Assembly (NCBI RefSeq): GCF_009914755.1
Contig: NC_060936.1
Direction: 5' to 3' (one strand)
Source of the DNA: the human T2T-CHM13v2.0 reference genome, Homo sapiens
Length of the DNA stretch: 64,000 nucleotides
Both the position numbers and the translations under genes were made by a program. This document shows, in pieces, positions 14,097-28,599 of the stretch; the stretch's first letter is position 1, and the number at the start of each line of letters is the position of its first letter. The notes beneath the pieces are model-generated. The model had not been told where the DNA came from and did not search any database. It saw only the letters and a program-made list of their open reading frames with translations.

Positions 14097-17000
14097 AATG
14101 TGTTAAGTGCTTTACTTAGTTTGGTAGAGATGAGAACTATCTTAACAGTCTAATAATTTTTACAAAATGATCTGTGGGATGAGCATAGCAATTAAACTAG
14201 AACAGAGGATACAGAACTGATCTAAGATATATGGTTATTCCATTAAATATATAATATAGCTACCATATGTTATTTTCACTGAATGACATTTTAATATTTA
14301 ATTGTAATATAATATAGTCTTATTTATAAAAAGTTTTATTTTGATTTAAAGTAATATATGATTTAATAAGTGAGTTAACTGTGCAGGTTAATATACATAT
14401 TGCACAAGGGCATGCTAATGCAATTAAAAATTAGCTAAGGCAAAAATTATCATTAAATATTTATAGAAAGCTAAAACCAAGGATTATTTTTGTATTTGCT
14501 ATGCCTAATATCTGTTTTTCAAAGACATGTTTCATATCCATGTTCTTTTACAACTTAACTCTTTCCTGGTGTAAAGTATTATTTGAATGCAAAGATAATT
14601 CTGCATTTAACAAAAAGGTTCATAAATTAACATTTACCAAGACCATTCAGGTTAACTTTCATATCATTATTTAAAGCTTAATGAAAGCTTTTTTATTTTT
14701 TTTTCTTTTGAGACAGGGACTCAAAAAATAAGAAGTTAAGCTTTTCTAAAAGGCTCATTTGTAAATATGTCACATCTCTTGCCATTAATTTATTAACAAG
14801 ATTATTCTTTTTAATAAGGAAGGGCTATACAAATTTTCTCTCTCTCCCCCCACCTCTGTGCATACTTCCTCATCAAATGTTTCAAAACTGTTCATTGTTT
14901 TTTCCAAAGAATTTATATTTTAAATAAATATAATATTTTTAATTCTAAAAACTATGGCAAGTTAGAATTGACAGTGATTTTGTTGAGTTTACTTCTGAGA
15001 AAATAGACGTAGGATCTAAGATGACTGACTAGCTGCAGCCATGTGGAAGAGCTCCCACTGAGGGACTAAGATTACTGGCATGGTTTTAACAGATCTTTTG
15101 AGGGAAGGCACTGAGAATAGACAGAGGGAAGACACAGAAGTTGAGCTGAAGGGAGAAAAAGCTGGGAACCCAGTACAGGGCTACCACACACCACAACTGA
15201 TTTTCAGACCTCAGCAGCTCCAGAGAAACGGTTGAACTGGAGAAACCCACTGTCACCATGGGCCTCCGGAACCCCACAGGAGAAGACTCCTTGATCACCA
15301 TGGACACTCAAGTTGGCAGGGAGAGCTGCTTATAGAAGTGATAAGGGCAGCAGTCCAGCTGATGTGGAGCCCAGAGGGTTGATGTGGGAGCATCTGTAGC
15401 AGAACACAGCCAGGGACAGCTATCTCCCTAGGCTTTACTTGCTCCCATAGGAGGTCTTAGCCCTAAGGGAACAGTTAGACCTGATCTCTGCAGGGTGGTC
15501 TTGCCCATTAGATAGGGCTGACCTGAGCATCCCTTGGTCTATTAGCCAACTTGTGGGACCCCAGCCCAGCTGTGCCTGCTTGCAGGGAAGTCTTGAGTGC
15601 CCTGGGGCCTACACCATAGCTTCTGCACTAGAAGACCATGCCTGACCAGTAGAGAAGCCAATGAGGTAGCCCCTATGGCCACAGAAAAGCCTGCTCCTTC
15701 CCTCCCCATACTGCAGCTTCCCCTGGGCCCATGGCAACTCCCCATATCGCTTTGCTGGTACATGTCTGCCTGGGCATGTTTTTGTTTCCTTGCCCCACCA
15801 ACATGCAGGAGTATAGTCTGCCCCCTGCCCCAACCAACCACCATTGGAGATGAAGCCTTGGTGGGCACAGAGCTGGCAAACCCTGTTCCTGCCAATGCCC
15901 TGCCCTTGTGCTAACACTGCACAGGGAATAGTGGATCTTTCCAGACCCTGAATGATCATGTGTGCTTGTGGTGTACAGAGAAGCCACCCAGAACTGTGTC
16001 CACCAGCACCACATCCCCAAGCCTACACCACCTCCAGTGCAACCGACCACATACAAAGTATCTGTCAGTAGCCGCCGTTGCTCCCACAACTGTTACCTCT
16101 GCCATTGTGGTGAACACCCACGGAAAAGCAGGCACCCCACCACTTATTAGCCCTTTGCCACAGCTGCTGCATCTCAAACCTCTCTCCAGTGCAGTGGACT
16201 CCAAACCTCTAGGAGCCAGAGAACAAAGTTGGGGCCCAATACAAGTCCCCCAGAGTTAAAGCACACAGTCCAGGTGTTGGTAGCTGAGTTTTGGACCCCT
16301 AAAATCTCTCAGAAATGAAGCTAGTCAGAAATGCCACAATCAAACCCTCAGGGTCATCAAAAAGGAAAAAAGAAAAAAAAATCTAAGGGTTAGCAACCTC
16401 AAAGATTGAAGCTATTAATAGATGAACCCACGAAGATGAGTAAAAATCAGCACAAGAACCCTGAAAACTCAGAAAGCCAGAGTGCCTTCTTTCTTCCAAA
16501 TGACCACATCACCTCTTCAACAAGGGTTCTGAACTTGGCTGAGAGGGCTGAAGTGACAGAAATAGAATTGAGAATATGAATAGGAAGGAAGATCATTCAG
16601 CTACAGGAGTGCATTGAAACCCAATGCAGGGAAGCCAAAAATCATGAAAAAAACATTGCAAGGGCTGACAAACAATATAGCCAATATAAAGAAGAACATA
16701 ACTGACCTGAGAGAGTAGAAAAACACACCACAAGAATTTCATAATGCAATTACAAGTATTAATAGCAGAATAGATAAATGAAGAAAGGAATCTCAGAATG
16801 TGAAGACTGCCTTTCTGAATAAGACAGTAAGACAAGAATAGAGGCAAAATAATGAAAAGGAATGAATGAAAACTCCAAAAAATTTGGGATTATATAAAAA
16901 GATAGAATCTATGACTCATTGGTGTCCCTGAAAGAGATGAGGAGATTGGAACAAATTTGCAAAACACATTTCAAAATATTATCCATGAGAACTTCTCCAA

Positions 17001-17244
17001 CCTAGCTAGAGAGGCCAACATTCAAATTCAGGAAATGCAGAGAATTCCAGTAAGATACTTTACAAGAAAATCATCCTTAAGACACATAATCATCAGATTC
17101 TCCAAGGTTGAAATGAAAGAAAAAATGTTAAAGGTAGCTAGCAAGAAAGGTAAGGTCACCTACAAAGGGAAGCCCTTCAGACTAACAGCAGACCTCTCAG
17201 CAGAAACCCTGCAAACCAGAAGAGATTGAAGCCCAATATTGAAC

Positions 17245-17547
17245 TTTTTTTTTCCTTGAAACAGGATCTCACTTTGTCACCCAGGCTGTAGTGCAGTGGC
17301 ACGATCTTAGCTCACTGTAGTTTTTACCTCTCGAGTTCAAGCAATCCTCTTGCCTCAGCCCCTCAAGTAGCTGGGACTACATTTGTGTGTGACCATGCCT
17401 GGCTATTTTTTTTTCTTTTGTATTTTTTGTAGAGATGAGTTTTGCCATGTTTCCCAGGCTGGGCTCAAACTCCTGAGCTCAAGTGATCCACCCCCCCTCA
17501 GCCTCCCAAAGTGCTAGGAATACAGGCATGAGCCACTGTACCCTGCC
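17245..17547 (-). mobile_element. AluJ inserted in L1 ORF1
   Basis: Full Alu with tgtagagatg and cctgagctcaagtgatcc. TSD core caatattg on both sides. Confidence 0.9.
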
Positions 17548-20500
17548 CAATATTGGATATTCTTAAAGAAAATAAATTTCAACCCAGAATCTCATATTTG
17601 AGCAAACTAAGCTTTATCAATGAAAGGAAAATGAGATTCTTTTCAGATAAGCAAATCCTGAGGAAATTTGTTGCCACTAGACCTGCCTTACAAGACGTCC
17701 TAAAAAAAACACTAAATATGGGAAGAAAAGACCATTACCAGCCACTACAAAAACACACTGAAATATACAGACCAGGGACACTATGAAGCAAACACATAAA
17801 CAAGTCTGCAAAATAATCAGCTAACATAATGATGACAGGATAAAATCTACACATATCAATACTAACCTTAAATTTAAATGGGCTAAATGCCTCAATTAGA
17901 AGACAAAGAGTGGTGAGCTGGATAAACAACCAAGACCCTTTGGTATGCTGTCTTCAAGAGACCCATCTCACATGCAAAGACACATATAGGCTCAAAATAA
18001 GGGGATGGGGAAAAATATCTCAAGCAAATGGAAAATAGAAAAAAGCAGACATTGCAATCCTAGTTACTGACAAAACAGACTTTAAACCAACAAAGATCAA
18101 AAAGACAAAGAAGGGCATTACATAATAGTAAAGGTTCAATTCAACAAGAATATCTAACTTTATTAAATCTGTATGCATCCAACACAGGAGAACACAGATT
18201 CACAAAGCTCTTAGGGACCTTCAAAAAGACTTAGACTCCCTCACAATAATAGTCAAAGACTTTAACACCCCACTGACAATATTAGAGAGATCATCCAGAC
18301 AGTAAATTAACAAAGATATTCAGGAACTGAAGTCAGCACTGGATAAAATAGACCTGACAGATACCTATACAAGTTGCCATCCCAAAACAACATAATATAC
18401 ATTCATCTCATTGCCACATGGCAGATACTATAAAATCAATCATAAAATCAAAAGTAAAACACTCCTCAGCAAATGCAAAATAACTGAAATCATAATAAAC
18501 ACTCTTTGATCACAGTGCAATCAAATTAGTTATCAAGATTAAGAAATTCACTCAAAACCATACAATCATATGGAAATTAAATAACCTGTTCCTGAATGAA
18601 TTTTAGGTTAATAAGGAAATTAAGGCAGATATCAAGAAGTTCTTTGAAACTAGTGAGAACAAAGATACAACATACCAGAATCTCTGGGACATGGCTGAGG
18701 CAATATTAAGAGGGAAATTTATAGCACTAAATTCCCACATCAAAAACCTAGAAAGATCTCAAGTTAATAACCTAATATCACAACTAAAAGAACTACAGAA
18801 CCAAGAGAAAATAAAATCTCATAACTAGTAGAAGATGAGAAATAACCAAAATAAGATCTGAACTGAAGGATACAGAGACATAAAAAACCATTCAAATGAT
18901 CAACAAATCCAGGAGCAGATATTTTGAAAAAGTCCATAAAATAAATAGACAATTAGCTAGACTAACAAAGAAGAAAAGGGAGAAGATTCAAATAAAGTCA
19001 ATCAGAAATGATAGGGGGATATTACCACTGACCCCACAGAAATGCAAACAACCATTAGAGAATATTATGAATACCTCTATGCACATAAATGAAAAATTGA
19101 GAAGAAATGGATAAATTCCTGGATATATACACCCTGCCAAGACTGAACCAGGAAGAAATTAAATCCCTGAACAGACCAATAATGAGCTCACAAAGTCAGG
19201 AATAAATAGCCTACCAACCAGAAAAGGCTCAAAATCAGATGGATTCACAGCTAAATTCTACCACCTGTACAAAGAAGAGCTGACACCATTCCTGCTAGAA
19301 CTACTCCAGAATATTGAGGGAAGGAAGGAACTTGCTAACTCATTCTATGAGGCCATCATCATCCTGATATCAAAACTTGGCAGAGATGTAACAGAAAAAG
19401 AAAACTTCAGACAAATATTTTTTATAAACATCAATGCAAAAATTCTCAACAAAATACTGGGAAACCAAATCAAGCAGCACATCAAAAAGCTTATTTACCA
19501 TGAACAAGTAGGCTTTATCCTTGAGATGCAAGTTTGGTTTAACATACACAAACAAATTAATAAATGTGATTCATCAAATAAACAGAACTAAAAACAAAAA
19601 CCACATGATTATATCAATAGTACAGAAAAGACTTCTAATAACATTTAACATCCCTTCATGCTAAAAATTTTTAATCAACTTGGTATTGAAGGAACATACC
19701 TCAAAATAATAAGAGCCATCTATGATGAACCCACAGCCAACATCATACTGAATGGGCCAGAGCTGGAAGCATTCCCCTTTAAAAACCAGCAGAAGATAAG
19801 AATGCCCTCTCTCATCACTCCTATTCAACATATGATTGGAAATCCTGGCCAAGGCAATGAGGCAAGAAAAAGAAAGGCATCTAAATAGGAAGGGAGGAAG
19901 TCAAAATATCCTGCTTACAGATGACATAATCCTATATCTAGAAAGACCCATTGTCTCAGCCCAAAAGCTTTTTAAGCTAATAAATAACTTCAGCAAAGTC
20001 TCAGGATACAAAATCAATGTCCAAAAGTCACTAATGTTCCTATACACCAAAAACAGTCAAGTTGAGAGTCAGATCAGAAAGGCACTCTCATTCACAATTG
20101 CCACAAATAGAATAAAATACCTAGGATACAGCTAACAAGGGAGGTGAAAGATCTCTACAAGGAGAACTACAAAACACTGCTCAAAGAAAGCAGAGATGTC
20201 ACAAACAAATGGAAAAACATTCCACGCTAATGGATAGGAAGAATCAATACTGTAAAATAACCATACTGCTTAAAGCAATTTATAGATTCAATGCTATTCC
20301 TATAAAACTACCTATTGATATTCTTCATAGAACTAGAAAAAAACTATTCAAAAATTCATATGAAACCAAAATAGATCCAGAATGGCCAAGGCAATCCTAA
20401 ACAGAAAGAACAAAGCTGGAGGCATCACTGTATTTCAAACTATACTATAGGACTGCAGTAGCCCAAACATAGTTGGCACAAAAAAAATACACATAGACCA

Positions 20501-21705
20501 ATGGAACAGAATAGAGAACGCAGAAATAAGTCCTCACACCTACAACTATCTGATCTTTGAAAAACCTGGCAAAAACAAGCAAAGGGGAAAGGATTCCCTA
20601 TTTAATAAATAGAGCTGAGATAACTGGCTAGCCATATGCAGAAGATTGAAACTAGAACCCCTCCCTTATACCATATACAAAAATTAACTTAAGATGGATT
20701 AAATACTTAAATGTGAAACCCCAAATTATGAAAACCCTAGAAGACAGCCTAAGCAATACCGTTCAGTACAAAGGAATGGGCAAAAATTTAATGACGAAGA
20801 TGTCAAAAGCAATTGCAACAAAAGCAAAAATTAACAAATGGGATCTAGCCGAACTAAAGAGATTCTGCACAGCAAAGGGAACTGTCAACAAAGTAAACAG
20901 ACAACCTACAGAATGGGAGAAAAGTTTTGCAAACTATGCATCTGGCAAAGGTCAAAGAACATGAACAGATACTTCTCAAAAGAAGGCATGCACATGGCCA
21001 ACAATCATATGAAAAAAGAAATCTATCAAAACCACAATGAAATACCATCTCATACCAGTCAAAATATCTATTATTAAAAAGAACAAAATAACAGATGCTG
21101 GTGAGGTTGTGGAGCAAAAGGAATGTTTATACACCATTGGTGGGAGTGTAAATTAGTTCAACCATTGTGAAAGACAGTGTGGCGATTCCTCAAAGACCTA
21201 TAAAGAGATACACCATTCAACCAAGCAATCTCAATACTGGGATATATCCAAAGGAATATGAATCATTCTATTATAAAGAGACATGCAGGTGTGTGTTCAT
21301 TGTAGCACAGTTCATTACAACAAAGACGTGGAATCAACCTAAATGCCCATCAATATTAGACTGGATAAAAATGTGGTATATATACACCATGGAATACTAT
21401 GCAGTCATAAAAATGAAGGAATCATGTCCTTTGCAGGAACATGGATGGAGCTGGAGGTCATTCATTATCCTTAGCAAACTAACACAGGGACAGAAAACCA
21501 AATACCAGGTGTTCTCACTTATAAGTGGGAGCTAAATGATGAAAACGTATGGACATATAGAAGGGAACAACACACACTGCATATAGGGGCCTATTGGAAG
21601 GCCAAGGATGGGAGGAGATAGAGGATCAGGAAAAATAACTAATGGGTACTAGACTTAATACCTGTGTGACAAAATAATCTCTACAACAAATCCCCATGAC
21701 ACAAG

Positions 21706-21775
21706 TTTATATATTGTTATACATAAGTTATATATGTTATATATACACAATATACATATTATATATACCTATATA
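21706..21775. repeat. AT-rich low-complexity expansion in L1 3'UTR
   Basis: Degenerate (TA)n between acaagttt and acctat. Confidence 0.8.
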
Positions 21776-22029
21776 ATAAACCTGCACATGTACCCTGACT
21801 TAAAAGTTAGAAAAAAGAAAATAGATATAGTCATACAGTTATTTGACAGCCTGTAGATTAATAATCATATGCCTGTGTGAATAATAGATATTTTAAAATA
21901 ACTGTTATTTCTATTTTCAGTCTCATCAAATATGCTTAGTATCTGCTTGTCATTGACAGTGTTTATTGCCATGTAAAGAAAAACAGACATGTGACTTATA
22001 TCTAATATTCTTATTTTTAATAAAAAAGA

Positions 22030-22220
22030 AAGTTGTTTCAAAGCTTTAGTGTGCATAACAATCAACTGGGGTTTTTGTTAAAAAAAAAAAAGTTTTCACA
22101 GTCCACCAGCAGTGATCTGACTTGTTAAGTATTAGGAGGAGAGACCCAAGATTTGATTTACCCAGCCCTTCAAGTGGCTCTGATGAAAATGGTTTCTAGA
22201 GCACATGTGACAAAACAAGT
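22030..22220. mobile_element. MER5-like hAT-Charlie relic
   Basis: ttagtgtgcataacaatcaactgggg...ttgttaaaa...caagtggctctgatg resembles MER5A/B. Confidence 0.5.
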
Positions 22221-22345
22221 TTCAAACAATAAAACATAGTTTTTAGAACCAAAAAGCAACCAGAAAACCTATTTTTGTTTTCTGATATTGTATTCTGGTT
22301 ACAGGATTTTAATCAAAAATCAGCTAGGATAACCCCCATTGTCCT

Positions 22346-22977
22346 TGTGGCAGGTCAGGTCTCACTAACAACTGTTTCAGTACTGAGTGGTTAAGTTAAA
22401 TGTTAAAAGCAAGTATCCTTATACAAAGGCTGGCCTGTAACAAAAACCCATCAAGAGTTTTGCCTAGGCCTTTTCTGGGCCTTAAAGTATGACAAAATAA
22501 GGAAGGAATTCTTAACAGGACCCATTTAGAATTAAACAAGTTTTATTATGGGTCTGAAGAAACTCCCCAGGCCTCCACAAATAAGTTTATTGGGGGCCTA
22601 AAGAAACTCCTCAAACCTCCATGATTTAGCAGGAGACAAGATAAGGGTAATCATCCTGGCACCTGGACCCATTCAGATTAAATAAATTTACTGAGGCTCC
22701 AGAGGAAGGTCTTCAGGACTCACATCTTAGTTATAGACTAAAAGAAGTTAATCACTTATGTCTTTAGATAAATGCACACTTACACATAGACATATAGCTT
22801 AGAATGTATATAAGCTCCGGAAATCTTTGTAATTTTGAGTTGGCCTGCCAATAATTTCCAGGCCTTCTCTCTGTAACCAGTAACAGAAATAACAACTCTC
22901 TTCTTCCCCAGTTTATCTGCATCTCATTATTGGGCTGCGAAAAATAGTAGCCCAACCCTCAGTTTGGTCCAGGAACA
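22346..22977 (+). mobile_element. ERV1 solo LTR, PABL_A-like
   Basis: TG...CA ends (tgtggcaggtcaggtctcactaac ... ggtccaggaaca), internal direct repeat aagttt(t)att...gaaactcc, TATATAA at 22807-22813, 4-bp TSD tcct/ttct. Family name from memory. Confidence 0.8.
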
Positions 22978-23198
22978 TTCTTGCAGATCTTCAGTGCTCA
23001 TTCTTTCCTCCCCATTTTATCTACTTTTTTTTTTTGTTTTCAGTGAGGGAATTAATTACATTGGGCAGCCATTACCGCACCTTTAAGTTTCTCCTCCTTT
23101 TCTCCCATAATTCGGGAGTGGTTGCCAAATGAAACAATAGGTTCAAATGGAAGGATAGTACCCTAAATCTGTTTTTTTGTTTTTTTTTTTAAATCTAG

Positions 23199-23326
23199 GC
23201 TGACCGTGTCTGACCAGGAAAGGCTTTGAGTGACAATCTTATCTTCTGCTGTTTAAAATACAGAAATATTGGCTTTTCCATGTCTCGGAGTCTCTGATTC
23301 TCAGTAATTTAAATTACAGGCCACAG
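23199..23326 (+). other. Candidate 128-nt spliced exon
   Basis: Long T tract then aaatctag|G acceptor, and CAG|GTAAAG donor. No transcript evidence. Confidence 0.3.
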
Positions 23327-23679
23327 GTAAAGAGAACCTTGCTTCCACCTTGCCTGCAAACTGGCAGATTCTTGCTTGGGCTTATCTCTTTCTTATAGGA
23401 TTTTGCTAAAATTAGCAAGGAATGGAGCTCTATTTTTCTAGCCTCTTCTCACACAGCTACAAGTTCAAAAACATTTGGTATTACTCCCAGTTATCACTGC
23501 TTATAGTTCAAGTGTTTTTCCACATGACAAGTGTCACTGGCATATCGGCATATGGTATACCCTTTCTCTGTCTACTGTCAGAACACAAAGACAATGTCAG
23601 ATATTTTAAACTTTTATTGCTGCAAAACCCCACTACTAGGTACTAATTTCTGAATTAATGTTTTAGTGTCCAAGCTATA

Positions 23680-23990
23680 CTGCTGAAGTTTTACACGAAC
23701 CAGTATAAAAGTGAATTGTTCAAGGTTGGTGAAAATGATCTAACCCATAAAAACATTTAGGAATCCAGGTTCTTTTCATTTTGCTCTTATCTCCAGGTGT
23801 TCTGTTCTTGATCATATCATTAATGCTGACTTGCATCCATATCCACCTTCCAGACCAGAAGAAGGTGAAGAAGGAAATTCATGATCCAGAGCTTGCTCAT
23901 ATAATTCTTGCATATACCATTGGCCCAAATTGAGTACATGGACACATCTACACTAAAAAAAGACTAAGAAATACATCTTGCTAAGTTATC
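23680..23990. mobile_element. Ancient MaLR (MLT1-type) LTR relic
   Basis: cattggcccaaattgagtacatggacacatcta...gactaagaaat resembles old MLT1 LTR sequence. Confidence 0.4.
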
Positions 23991-26439
23991 ATCTTGTAAC
24001 TAAAACTTAGAGGTTCTATTATTAAAGGGAAAAAAAGAATATGAATGCAAGAGAACAATTAGTACTTAAAGCCAAAAATGGTAGTTGTGAAGAAAAATGA
24101 GAATATTGAATTAAAAATTGCTATTTGCTATGCAAATGCTCTGTTTTTTTCTTAAAGTATGATATTTCTCATAGTTGAAATACTCTTTTCCTGATCTATT
24201 TTCACTGTGCGATGTTCCTGCTAAGGAAACTACAGTGGTTTTGTTTTAATATTTCCTAATTCGACAAATATAAGGCCTTCTGAGTAGCATTCTAGTTCCC
24301 CAATAACTACTTCTCCACTTGTCTATCCTCATCTATGAAACAATTTTACTAAGCTCTAAGGAACACTTATGCATTCCCCCCTTTGTGTTAACAAAGACTT
24401 TTCCCCTAATATCTGCATTCATCTTTATCATTGTCAAAACCTGATTTAAAATTTGTCTTCACAAAGTACTAGATTAACCCTATATAATTTGCCAATTCTC
24501 ACATAATCACTTTTTACTATGCTAATATGCATGTACATTGAATAATTTAAAAACATTTCAAATTTGCATCCTATCTGCCAACTTGACTATAAGCTCCTCA
24601 AGGACAGGAATAAAGTGCTTCTTTAGAACACACCATTAATATACAAAACAATGCAAATATTCCTTGTTAAAAAACTGTCCCTCCCATGAAAGTTACATTA
24701 AATTTGTGCAGAATATCACAGTGTTTGGATATGAGAGTAAGTACTCTTCCTAGATCTGCCATTTAACTTATAGTGTGAGATCTTGAACGAATAACCTGAT
24801 ATTTTGTGCTGCAATTGCTGTTACTCTAATGATAAAGTCTAAAGCTCTGCCAGCAGAGAAGTTCCTTAAGGCTAAGTTTGGTGGCAGTAGCATACAGGTT
24901 ATTCAGTTTTAACATTTAGAATGCTTAACGGTATCCTGTTTCTGTGTAAAAGTTTATATTATTTATAAGTATTTAACATGCATTTTGTCATTATATTAGA
25001 AAGCATTGGCATGAGTATCAACTAACTCCTAGTGATAGTGCTCAACTGCTTTCTCCATGGGTCTCTAGAGCCATATAAAAAAGATAATTCATATAATAGG
25101 CCTATTAAATACATTTTTAAAAATTATCTTACTAATGAGAATTATTTGATTAAAGAAATATATCATGAGCCATGACCTAAGGCCCAACAATCTCAGAATC
25201 TGTAAAACCAAAAGTGAATCATTGCCATACACAGTTCTTACTGACTCAGCACTTTCATGCAGAATAGTTCATATAAAATAATATGTTAAGTTTATTTGAC
25301 CTCTAATGTCCCCTTCAGCTGTAACATTCAGTGATTCATACTACAGAAAGTAAATGTTTCTTAATATTTCTAAATGTCAGTACTATTTATTCACATTATA
25401 ATTTTTCTAGATTAACTCAAACATATCACATGAAAAAACCATGAATCATTTGAATTCAATGTATCTTATGTTTCAAATAAATCTTTTAAAATATACCTTA
25501 GTCATACAATTTTAGATCTTAGTGAGCCTTCTAGAAATACCAAAAATAACTAGCCATCCTGGAAATAAATTCGGGTGTTTCTGTTGGCTTCAGATAACAG
25601 ATATTTCATTTTCTATTTTTGTGTCCTGAATGTAAAATGGTTTTTTGTAAACAATGACATTTGTATCATGAGATAATACTAGGAAATACTAATATTTGGG
25701 CTTTTACCTTGTACTCATTTATAAGAAACATTTTTTAGTCAGAAGACAAATTTACCTGCCTTCCCTTATGTTCTCGGAGGTTCCATGTTCTTCTCCTGAA
25801 CTTGTCAGTAAATTATCTCAACTTATAAAATTGGGCTTTAAAAAAAATCCAAGAAATTGCTATCTAATAAAAAATTAAAAAGTTAGAAAAATAAGAAATT
25901 GTATTTTAATGGACTCATGGCAAGAAACTTGAATCCGATTGTTAATTAATTTATCCACCCAGCACTAACTTATTTCATGAGATGTTGCCTATCATTTGTT
26001 ACAAGCCTGGTCCTTTATCTGCTCTTTAATTCTGCAAGAAATTACATGTTTCTTACCAAGTTAATTGGAATTGGGTTCTGTACACCTGCAATGAAATAAC
26101 CCAAACAAATCCAAGAATTTGTTTGTTTGTTATTTACTTTTAAATAGAGGGATAAGAAGTAGAAGGAGAAGCCCTACAGTAAATAGTTGGCAAACACAAG
26201 GAAGATAGAGATTTATTAAAGGTCTTACCAAGATGTGATTTATTTTAGTTCTAGATTGAATTCAAGAAATAAACTCTCACTCGGGGATAGGATGAGGAAA
26301 CATTCTCTTAGAGAAGAAATTATTTTAAGATTCTATATTTTTTTATTTTAATACAGGTGACTAGCACTGCATAGAGACAGGAATATATGACCATATCACA
26401 ATATAAATAGACTCTAAGTGATACTCATAAGAAAGTTAT

Positions 26440-27160
26440 CACACTCAGTTCTTTAAAATAACTATGACTAATATACTTAAAAATCTAGAAAAATTATGGA
26501 GAAAGATGAAAAATTGAGAATGTCACTAGAAACTGTGAATCTAAAAATTAACCAAATGAAAATTTCAGACCTGAACAACATAATAAATATAATTACTAAA
26601 ATTACTAAAAGCAAACTATATATAAGAGAAACTGAATTTGTATAGTAAAAGACATATTAATATGAGTTATAAATCTGAAAATCTAGAAAGAATACAAATG
26701 TATAAAATTGATTATGAGGAATTTTGAAAAAAGTGAAAATACATATCCTTTTTTCCTCATAGTAAAAGGTATTCCTAGGAGAAAGGGAGAGAGCAGATGG
26801 GGCAGAATATTAAATGTCGAAAAATTGTCCAAAACTGCTGAAAGACATGAACTCAGAGATTCATGAAGAACTGTAGATCATGTGCTGCATGAAAAAAAAA
26901 AGAAAAGAAAAATCACATTGAGGCACACCATAATAATATTGCCAAAAGAAAACAAAAAAAGAGTAAACTTTGCAGGCAGCCAGGAGAAAAAAGAGACTTC
27001 CTTTCATGGGAGAAAAAAATAACAATGACAAATAATTTGTCAAAATAAATGATGAAAGAAGACGGGGAATTACATTGCTGAATTTTGAAATAAAATATCA
27101 GTTACCCTTAAATCCTACTTTCAGTGAAAATAATCTTTAAAACTGAAGATAAGTATTCTT
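26440..27160 (+). mobile_element. Ancient L1M ORF1 fragment
   Basis: A-rich strand bias and aatcacattgaggcacaccataataatattg...gcaggcagccaggagaaaa resembling L1 ORF1. Confidence 0.6.
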
Positions 27161-28150
27161 TTTATGGTTAGGATGTAGACATAAAAATGACAAGTTACCA
27201 TCAGTTACACCCTAACACAGAGTAAAAGCTATAAAAGATGTAACATCATAGTTTTCTTGAATATATCAGAAAGCCAAAGAGAAGAAATCCAAATTAACTA
27301 AAATGCAGAATATGCAACCCTCTTCAAAAAATCATAATTGCTTGTGTCCTTGGTGAAGCAACAGAAGGAAGAAAAATTGCCATAGAATGGGGTAGCAAGA
27401 AATCAGTTAAAATTTTTAACTTCTTTTAGTTGAGTGGGGCCTGGTTCAAGCATTGAAATCCCAAGGACCTCTAGCCACAGAGCAAGATTGCATTAACTGC
27501 TATTTAATATATTCAGGACTCCACCAAGTACTTGGAAATAACATGCTGAATGAGGGGACATGGGGAGAGGGGACAAGTTAAGAGAAATGAGAGAAAGTCA
27601 CTCTAAGGAGTTCTGGGAACTCATCAAATGCAAGACAGTCGGTGGCATGGTAGTAATGCTGAGACATGACATTGAAAGCCAGTTTTTTCCTCTGTAGAAT
27701 TTTCTTTATTGTTGTTATTTTATTTTAAAGTATGTGTGTGAATTACATTGATAAAGATAACCATTCATTTAGAAAAAGTTGTCTAGCACTGTCCTGAACT
27801 TGAATATGTGCTATGACTTTCTGCAATGCAGGTTAACACAAGATAGGCCATTCTAACTTCCATCTGAAGTTGGTATACAAAAAAGTATTATTTCAGTATG
27901 TTGAATTTTAGATATAATTAGATTTCATTAGGTCAGATTTTTTTTTCTAATTGAGTTTCCTTTTTACATTTTGAAAATTATATACCAATTTATAAGGAAT
28001 GTTAAGAAACAGCTTTGTTGGGGGCTGGCTAAAACACCTATTTCTTTTCATTCCACTCACAATATACAAAAGCTCTAAATTTTAATTTGATTATACAATC
28101 ATTATCAATTTTGTCATTCCCAAGTCTGTTTAACATGAAATGTTGAACAT

Positions 28151-28577
28151 TGTTAAAAGAAAAACTTTGGACAAATTTAATTTAACATAGTTTAATTGAG
28201 TAAAAAGAGAAAGTGAAATTTGGACAGCCCCTAGAACCAGAATAGATTCAGAGTGATTCTAGGGTTACCACATGGTCAAATAACATTTATGGACAAAAAA
28301 ATGAAAGTGATGTACAGAAAATGGAAATGAGGTATAGAAACATCTGGATTGGTTAGTGCTGGGCTTTTGCCTTCTTTGAACATGGTTTGAACAGTCGGCT
28401 GCCTGTGATTGGCCAAAATTCAGCCGCTGTGATTGGCTGAGACTTGGCTACTTGTTACAAGAGTACATTACAGTCTGTTTACATACAGTGAGATCACTGT
28501 TCACTATGTGTGGAGAAATCTTTAGGTCAAACTTAAAGTATGTAAGGAGGCAGTTTTAGGTTAAACATAATTTAACA
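28151..28577 (-). mobile_element. ERV1 solo LTR, MER57-like
   Basis: tgttaaaagaaaaac ... aatttaaca termini, three attgg (CCAAT on minus), flanks acat/acac. Confidence 0.8.
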
Positions 28578-28599
28578 ACACATACAGCTTTGGCATATG

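Larger units (their letters stand above)
15013..21815 (+). mobile_element. Near full-length decayed LINE-1 (L1PA13-15-like)
   Basis: 5'UTR about 15013-16400, ORF1 remnants (16957-17229, 17553-17786), ORF2 remnants (18896-21535), 3'UTR ggatcaggaaaaataactaatgggtactag. TSD agaaaatagacgtag (14998-15012) / agaaaatagatatag (21816-21830). Confidence 0.94.

Noticed and set aside
15542-16259. Cluster of overlapping 60-138 aa ORFs on both strands
   Set aside because: Lies in a GC-richer L1 5'UTR where stops are rarer; no recognisable protein.
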